64,000 bases of DNA, from positions 62,001-126,000 of the forward strand of contig NW_019028981.1 in the NCBI RefSeq assembly GCF_002105155.1, given 5' to 3'. Below are positions 57,591 through 64,000 of this stretch, one piece after another. Under the pieces are notes generated by a model. The model saw only the letters and a program-made list of their open reading frames with translations, did no database searches and was not told the origin of the DNA. Origin of the DNA: Lobosporangium transversale (lineage: Eukaryota). The translations under genes were made by a program, and so were the position numbers. Within the stretch, counting starts at the first letter, position 1; every line of letters starts with the position of its first letter.

Positions 57591-59315
57591 GCCCCCGTGC
57601 AAATAAATTTTCACATACAAAAAAAATTATTTGCACTGAAACGTACACACTCTATTTACACTGCTCCCCCCGTACAAATAAAAAAAAGTTATTTGCACGG
57701 GGGGTCTTTTTTTTATTTGCACGGGGTCTCTTTTTTATCTACAAGCAGCAACGTGTATCCTACAGACTACATGATTCTGGCTTTATATAAATAAGTGGAG
57801 GTGAGTCTAGAGTAGAGAGGGGTCTGGAATTATTACTGGTGGAAGTTGCAGCGCCGTGGGAGCTGCCAAACAGCTCATTTGTGACATACAAAAATACTAC
57901 CATTAGACCCATATAGCGTATACGATGATTTAAATTACCACTCACGTGGGGCAGACAAGAACCCTCTCTTTGTCCTCCTTAGTTGGTGCAATGTTTTAAC
58001 CTAATTGATATAACTTACTATGTATGTAATATGGAGCTAAAGTTCACCTTTTATTAATGAGGCAATGTGGATAATCACTGAAGTTTTTGGGCAGTACAGG
58101 CTGAGGGAAAACGGCAAGAAATAAGATTGAAGACAGTGCTTCTCTTCATTACCATTTCAAGTGATTGTACAATATGAAGCTGGTCCTTTAGACGCAGTGA
58201 GCATCTACATGTGCTGCTGAGTATGCAATACTGCGTGCTAAAGACGAACCAAGGTAAGTTGGCTATGATAATAAACTTGGAATGTAATGAGACAAAACTA
58301 AGGATTATTGCGATTAGCAGTCATTTATATGGGTTTTTACTATCGCTAAGGTTTTTACCCTTTTTATTTAACGAAGATCCCTGGATCATAATAAAGACAT
58401 CTTTCTTTCGTTCTCGCTACTTATTATGACCCTGGCATATTTCAATAACAGAAAAGAATATTTATGTCTCTTTTCTATCACTATTAGTCACGGTTATGCT
58501 ATTAAAGTATTTTAGCCACTAAGATATAGAGATATAGGTGATTGTGCACGTTCGGCTTTGAGTGCGAACTGTCACCAACTATCAAAAGACAAGTAATATC
58601 GGGTAAGAGGATAGATATTCCACAAAATAAGCTGAGGTCTACCCATTGTATTTTGATGAAGTTGATAAACAGAAAGGGAAAAGAAAGAGAGTAGGTAGTA
58701 ACACGGCACGCTATACATCGTAGAAATGAGTATGATTGTATGATTGTTTGTACATCTACCGACACAAACTACACGTTAGAGATTCCTAATAACTGAATTC
58801 ATCGTTGTGTGCTTAATAGTGTACGGAAATACCTAAGATGTATGCACGCGTTAAATGAAAGAAAGCATCGGGGAACCATAACAATGCAACCAACAAAAGT
58901 GCAAAGTAAAGCTGCATAGTATATTTCAACTATAGATAAATCATTTGTAATTCTGTATTTAGTCCCAGTCGCATAAAGAATGCCAACATCTACTCTGAGC
59001 TACATACGAACTTGATAAGATATTCTGGTCAGTATTTGATGCTTAGGCAGCGGCTCTAGATCTAAGCCTGTGTCATGGAAGGCTTCCTGGTTATGGTGTT
59101 TAGGGCTAAAATAAAGACCCCGTACAAATAAAAAAAAAGACCCCCCGTGCAAATAACTTTTTTTTATTTGCACGGGGGGAGCGGTGTAAATAAGGTGTGT
59201 ACGGGGCAGTGCAAATAGATTTTTTAAATATTTGTACGGCCCCCGTGCAAATAAGAGGTGTACGGGCCCGTGCAAATATCTTTTTTCTAAAATTATTTGC
59301 ACAGTCCCGTACCAT
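57591..59315. repeat. Pair of about 100-bp inverted repeats built from TATTTGCACGGG subrepeats (foldback-like)
   Basis: 57636-57736 closely matches the reverse complement of 59110-59220; a partial third copy lies near 57183. Confidence 0.75.
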
Positions 59316-59330
59316 CTTAATAAAAAGTCG

Positions 59331-59411
59331 CGTCAGCAGCAGGGTTTGAACCTGCGCGGGAGATCCCATATGATTTCAAGTCATACGCCTTAACCACTCG
59401 GCCATACTGAC
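59331..59411 (-). tRNA. tRNA-Ser (anticodon UGA)
   Basis: Cloverleaf GTCAGTA/TGCTGAC acceptor, TATGA-CTTGAAA-TCATA anticodon arm, long variable arm, GGTTCAAAC T-loop, G discriminator. Confidence 0.93.
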
Positions 59412-59548
59412 AGGTGAAGGTTTAAAGCCAATCAATGTTTTGGATTCATGGATTTGGTATGTCTATAACTTTATTAACTCATAATCAAACATTTCACGTG
59501 ATTTCCAAATGGTTGTTGTAAATGAGTATTTTGTTTAAGGGGCAAAGC

Positions 59549-60265
59549 TGGACATAAAATCAGGATAGCCCAATGGCTGAGTAGTATACTCGTCAGGGCA
59601 CCCTCCTGTCTAGCCCAGGGGCCGGGTTCGAGTCCTGGTTAAGGCACATAAAGTGAAGCAAACATGTGCCAGGTCAGGGATCTGCTTGAGTTTTTATACT
59701 TTCTCTCCGAGACAGCCTAGTGTTCTCCGCTAAGGCTAAGATCGTGGGTGCACTACCCTAAGTCGCCTGGCTGGCCACACGTCTTAGTTATATATTCCAC
59801 CCCCCAGCCGAACCAGCGGTACATCTGGCAGCACATCCCCCCATCCACCCACTTGACTAGGACAGCGATGATCACAAAGTTTGACGGAGTCCAAAGTAGA
59901 AATTTCAGACCAATCCCGCAAGATTTGGGTCCACATGCCAGTGGATTTGATCGAATAGAAAAAATTAAAAAGTCGTCCTTAGCTAGAGTCGGCACGCCAG
60001 CCTCCGCGGCTTTTCACGGGCGCAACAGGCCACATCGGAAGGATGGACTTCGAGTACCGATCACGGTGTACATTGGTAGAGAAAAACATGGATACGAATT
60101 GGCTCTTCACAGCCATCCCGTGCGAACTTTGAGAGTTTCGCTTGTTTCATAGTTGAGGGCGATATCATTACTTTAGAGCGAGATTATGAAATAAAATTCC
60201 TCACCTCTGTGGGTTCTTGTTAACAGGAAAAGAAAAAAAAAAAAATGGACATAAAATCAGGATAG
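59549..60265 (+). mobile_element. tRNA-derived SINE-like retroelement (about 680 bp) with 20-bp TSD
   Basis: TGGACATAAAATCAGGATAG at 59549-59568 and 60246-60265; tRNA-like head with B box GGTTCGAGTCC; A-rich tail ending at 60245. Confidence 0.85.
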
Positions 60266-60304
60266 GACAAAGAGTGTCAGCAAGAATAACAAGAGAAAAT
60301 AGAG

Positions 60305-60351
60305 GCAAATATTGACCTCATGGGTCCTTGTTATCAAAAAAAAAGCAAATA
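60305..60351 (+). mobile_element. 5'-truncated copy of the retroelement 3' tail
   Basis: GACCTCATGGGTCCTTGTTATC + A9, flanked by GCAAATA direct repeats (60305-60311, 60345-60351). Confidence 0.65.
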
Positions 60352-60737
60352 ACCTTGACGACAAACAGCGCCATAGGATGTCAAAAGAGAGGATGTGGCT
60401 TTATAGATGAGCTCACAAACTGAGTCACAGGGAGACAAATGCTTGTTGTGAAAAGGGAAAAAGATAAGTGGCAAGACAAACTGCAGGTCAAGAACAAGAC
60501 ATATGGGGGAAACTGAAGACTTTATTGAGAAGGAAGTTTCTCTGGCTTTTATAATCTAGCCTACAGGCCTGACTGTGGCGCTTTCTAGGTAAGGTGGACT
60601 CGCCTATAGCTTATAAGGCTTTGCGCAAAGATTCCTTTAGCTGTGGGTCGACAGGATGTCCCGATTAGTCGATACAAAGTAACCTGAAAATAGCTATAGG
60701 CTCGCCAAAAAGTTGTCGACTAATATATTTTTCGCAT

Positions 60738-60815
60738 GCTGGGTTCGAGTCCTGGTTAAGGCAGATGGGGGACCTCGTGAGTCCTCGTTATCATAAAAAA
60801 AAAAAAAAAAAAAAA
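60738..60815 (+). mobile_element. Short SINE-like copy: B-box/T-arm segment + 3' tail + A21
   Basis: 23 nt identical to the head of the 59549 element (60741-60763 = 59624-59646), then GACCTCGTGAGTCCTCGTTATC and poly(A); 5' boundary uncertain. Confidence 0.7.
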
Positions 60816-61431
60816 GCCAATATCTCGAGAGAGAAGTCGAGCGATAGGGCCTGCTTTATGCTCTAGAAGATGAACCTCCTTGGATGCCACACAGAACGAC
60901 CCGGAAAGAACGACCAAACGCTGGATAAAACAGACATTGATCCCTATCATCTACGTTAATATTGTAGTTCGCACACAATGTTATCTCTGATCAGGATGCG
61001 CGATAGAGAAAGACCCTTAACGGCTAAAATTATCAGAGGCATTTCTAGAATAAAAAAAAGAAGCGTGAACAGATTTACAGCAGTAGTAGTGAGAGGTGAC
61101 GGCGATGCCCTATCCATAGAGGCTAAAGTAGTAGTCTTAAAGATGTGCCAAGCAGTCCATATTAACATTGCTCTAGTAATACAATTCAAGACTCTAATAA
61201 GCGGGAGAAAAGTGTATGCAATGGCAACAGCTCCGCTCAACTTACGCTATTCATGGAGGTAGTAGAGTGGGATTCTTGGATCTATCCTGGCTCAGCTATG
61301 TATTTACTTCTTATCCCCGTGGATTGGCACCATTGATCACAGTGGTATCAAATGGTAAGAGTATGGTAAATTCATTATATAATATTTTAAGTCATTCTAT
61401 TTAAGACAAATCTAGCCAATGATATTCTTTT

Positions 61432-63297
61432 TCATAAATTAGTTGTAGCCCGTGCCGGTTCTTCCAAGTGTTGTTTCCTTCCGCCCTCTACAGCAGGTGC
61501 CGATGAGGACGACGAAGTAGCAAAGAAAGACGAACCCAGCATATGGTCGCTAGTAGATGTTGCTGCTACTGCCACGGAATCTTCCGCTTGATGGCGATGT
61601 GCCGCTCGTCTGACTTCACGCTGAATACGCACACGCTCCCAATTTTCTTCAAGCGCCTGGATCGTGGCTTCATCCGCTGATTTCGTAGCCTTTCGACGCT
61701 TCATGCAAGCAAGCGTCCTCCGAAACATGGAGTCACTGGGCTCAATTCCATAGACATCCTGCATAACCTGGATCCATTTCCAAGCGCGTCCCCACCTGTT
61801 CCTTGCGTCAATGAGCTCATTATTGATTAATACACGAAATGTGTAAAAATCTGGCCCTGAAACCTGTATCTTTGCCGATGGAGGATGAATTGGCGCTGCT
61901 GTAGTTGTTGTGGAGTCAATTTGTGTAACAGAGGTTGACATTGATGCTGCTAACGAGGCTATCGTCTGTGATAAGTTATCCTCATCCCTGTCCTCGTTAA
62001 GACCATCTGTGACGCTATGGCTATTGTCATCAGCGCTCTCTCTCGTACTCTGTTGCCCCAGCTGAGCACGCTCCAAGTTTTTGCCAATCTGGACCAATTC
62101 ACGGAAGAGATCCATGGCATCTTCTTCACGTTTTGCTAGGAATGCAAATTTGATCATCTCGTTGTAGGTTTTTGTGATTGGGACAAGACCAAAAAGCCGA
62201 ACATGACTATCAAACATATGCTGTAGATCCTCAAGATCCTGGGTATAAGCATAGTAGGAAAAAAGTGTATGGACATTGTCAAGAGTAGGGATGAGTTTGT
62301 CCTTATCCTTGTTCATGTTGCCTTTGTTGGACAGCACAGCACCCCCATTCAACGTCCTTGCGCGTTGACCAAGCGGGAGTGTCAGAAATGTGTTTTGGGC
62401 TTCAAGCTGCTGCTGCAAAAGTTGACTTCCAGTATTGCCACCTGGCGGTGCTGCCACAAATGCTGCCCTATAGGTTGACTCGACTGCTTTCCAATTCTTC
62501 ATCGCAGTGTGGATCTGTAGAATAAAATCCCAGCTCATGTTATCAGGTTTGATCCCTGAACGTTTCATCAAGTTGAGAGTTTCCATAGCCAGCCCAATAT
62601 TTTTTCGAGGTACACATGATTGGAGGATTAGGTTGTATGTGTACAATGTGGGCTGAATCAGAGATCCTCCTCCTCCTCCAACTCCTCCAGAACCTTTCAT
62701 TCCTCCAAACATATTATTGTTATAATCTCCTGTTAGCCCGGCTTTTCTCCGCATTTCAGCCCACGTCGAATCCACCATTGGGTACTGCCTCGTCGCAACT
62801 GATAGCTCGAGGCGAGCAGTGTAATCGTTCATGTCGAGCTGAATATGGCACTGAATCATCCCTTCCCAGACCTGGTTGAACCGATCAACTAATATAGAGA
62901 CTTCTTCCTTTGTGAAGCGATTGGGATCTACAGGACGAATACTTCTGAGAAGTAGCGAATGATGGATAGGCAGCAAACTTGATAATTGGCCTGAGCGACC
63001 GAGTGCGGAATAAGCCATCCATGCAGTCTCCTGATCCTTGTTCTGAATAGCATTCAAAAGAAGAGCGGCATTCTCAAATGCAGGGGAGATCTTGAGAGCA
63101 TTGGGAAAAGTACACAAAACGATGGGTGATGACTTATGTTTTAATGAATTTTTATCAAGAGCATGATTTGTCGGAGGCACAGGGTCTAAACTACGGGAGA
63201 AAAAGCTGAACGTGGACTGATGTCTCTTGAGAAATAGAGACCTTGCTCGATTTCGAATTAAAAGCCGAGAGCAGAATGCCTGCGTTAATGCTGACAT
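61432..63297 (-). CDS. Pentatricopeptide-repeat (PPR) protein, likely mitochondrial
   Basis: Basic N-terminal targeting-like peptide; PPR-like repeats PTLYTYNLILQSC...MKRSGIKPD, PITKTYNEMI, PDFYTFRVLI. Confidence 0.88.
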   Translation of the reverse strand: MSALTQAFCSRLLIRNRARSLFLKRHQSTFSFFSRSLDPVPPTNHALDKNSLKHKSSPIVLCTFPNALKISPAFENAALLLNAIQNKDQETAWMAYSALGRSGQLSSLLPIHHSLLLRSIRPVDPNRFTKEEVSILVDRFNQVWEGMIQCHIQLDMNDYTARLELSVATRQYPMVDSTWAEMRRKAGLTGDYNNNMFGGMKGSGGVGGGGGSLIQPTLYTYNLILQSCVPRKNIGLAMETLNLMKRSGIKPDNMSWDFILQIHTAMKNWKAVESTYRAAFVAAPPGGNTGSQLLQQQLEAQNTFLTLPLGQRARTLNGGAVLSNKGNMNKDKDKLIPTLDNVHTLFSYYAYTQDLEDLQHMFDSHVRLFGLVPITKTYNEMIKFAFLAKREEDAMDLFRELVQIGKNLERAQLGQQSTRESADDNSHSVTDGLNEDRDEDNLSQTIASLAASMSTSVTQIDSTTTTAAPIHPPSAKIQVSGPDFYTFRVLINNELIDARNRWGRAWKWIQVMQDVYGIEPSDSMFRRTLACMKRRKATKSADEATIQALEENWERVRIQREVRRAAHRHQAEDSVAVAATSTSDHMLGSSFFATSSSSSAPAVEGGRKQHLEEPARATTNL

Positions 63298-63485
63298 CGT
63301 CTATTGGATCAATCGTCAGCTACAGCTTGAGATTAGCTGGAAGTTTTTTTTGATAACAAGTACTTTTTTAAAGGAGGGTGCAGTCTTGACCCGCTTACGT
63401 CACACAAATTGCGATATGATCACGTGAATAGTCACATTTACTATAGTGAATTAATATATATTCTTTTTTGGAGAAACTTTAGCTT

Positions 63486-63558
63486 GCCCGGCTAGCTCAA
63501 TCGGTAGAGCATCAGACTTCTAATCTGAAGGTTGCGGGTTCGATCCCCGCGTTGGGCT
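63486..63558 (+). tRNA. tRNA with UCU (Arg) anticodon on a tRNA-Lys-type body
   Basis: 73-nt intact cloverleaf GCCCGGCTAGCTCAATCGGTAGAGCATCAGACTTCTAATCTGA...GGTTCGATCC...GTTGGGCT; anticodon TCT at 63519-63521. Confidence 0.9.
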
Positions 63559-63574
63559 ATAATTAATGCCTTTT

Positions 63575-63860
63575 GAGCGAATGCTATTTTTTTTAGGGTT
63601 GCCCAATAGAAAGCGACGTAAACAAAAGAATTATGCCGTCGAATGCTCCTAAGGCCTTTTCAAGACCGAATTGTATTGAGCGAATGCTAATTTCTATTGG
63701 TTGGGGAGTTGAGAGCGAATGCTATTTTTTTTTTAGGTTGCCCAATAGAAAAAGATGTAAACAAAAGAAAATGCAATACGGTATTCGATGGCACAATACG
63801 CAAAAGATGAGAATTGTGCCATCGAATGCTAGTTTTTTTTGGATCGAATGCTATTTTTTT
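63575..63860 (+). repeat. Degenerate direct repeats with CGAATGCT core downstream of the tRNA
   Basis: About 55-bp unit GAGCGAATGCTATTTT...GGTTGCCCAATAGAAA...GTAAACAAAAGAA at 63575 and 63713, plus four more CGAATGCT cores. Confidence 0.75.
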
Positions 63861-64000
63861 TGGTTCTCACGCCAGCCCTTAAGCCAGCTTCCATAGCCTT
63901 TTTTTTTACTCTTTGTTCTTTGTTTCATTCTTCAATAATTGTTATAATTCTTATTCCAATTGAAAGCTCCATAATGGCAAGTCCCAACCATACATCGTTG

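Noticed and set aside
57591..59315. CRISPR-like or iteron array
   Set aside because: Eukaryotic context, units alternate in orientation and lack unique regular spacers.
59568..59646. Possible functional tRNA (including tRNA-Sec)
   Set aside because: Only the T arm is canonical; no proper D arm, 7-nt anticodon loop or UCA anticodon. It lies inside TSDs, so it is treated as a SINE head.
59644..59670. GGCACAT/ATGTGCC stem as P1 of an HDV-like ribozyme
   Set aside because: No P3/L3, P1.1 or J4/2 elements in the required order.
59748..60152. 134-aa ORF inside the SINE-like element
   Set aside because: GTG start and no recognisable domain; not supported as a gene.
60816..61330. 94-aa ORFs on both strands after the poly(A) tract
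   Set aside because: No recognisable motif or splice structure; may be a decayed element but unsupported.

Overview
Intron-rich, AT-rich fungal genomic DNA. Gene content and style suggest an early-diverging fungus, probably Mortierellaceae (inference). Recognisable protein genes: NADPH-cytochrome P450 reductase, a coiled-coil protein, DED1/DDX3 helicase, a multi-pass membrane protein, a homeodomain + PNUTS-like PP1 regulator, GDA1-type apyrase, FHIP/FAM160, a Zn2Cys6 + AT-hook factor, an O-fucosyltransferase-family protein, MIOS/SEA4, an Ecl1-like protein, an FHA-kinase and a PPR protein. There are also two tRNA genes and two decayed pseudogenes. Most notable signals: (1) a tRNA-headed, poly(A)-tailed SINE-like element with a 20-bp target-site duplication, plus further copies of its 3' tail, clustered just upstream of a tRNA-Ser gene (possible tRNA-targeted retrotransposition system); (2) a tRNA with a Lys-type body but an Arg (UCU) anticodon; (3) seven perfect E2F-type sites upstream of the Zn2Cys6 gene; (4) a LUMINIDEPENDENS-like homeodomain-PNUTS architecture; (5) several MITE/foldback-like inverted repeats. 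All calls come from reading the sequence; no searches were run.
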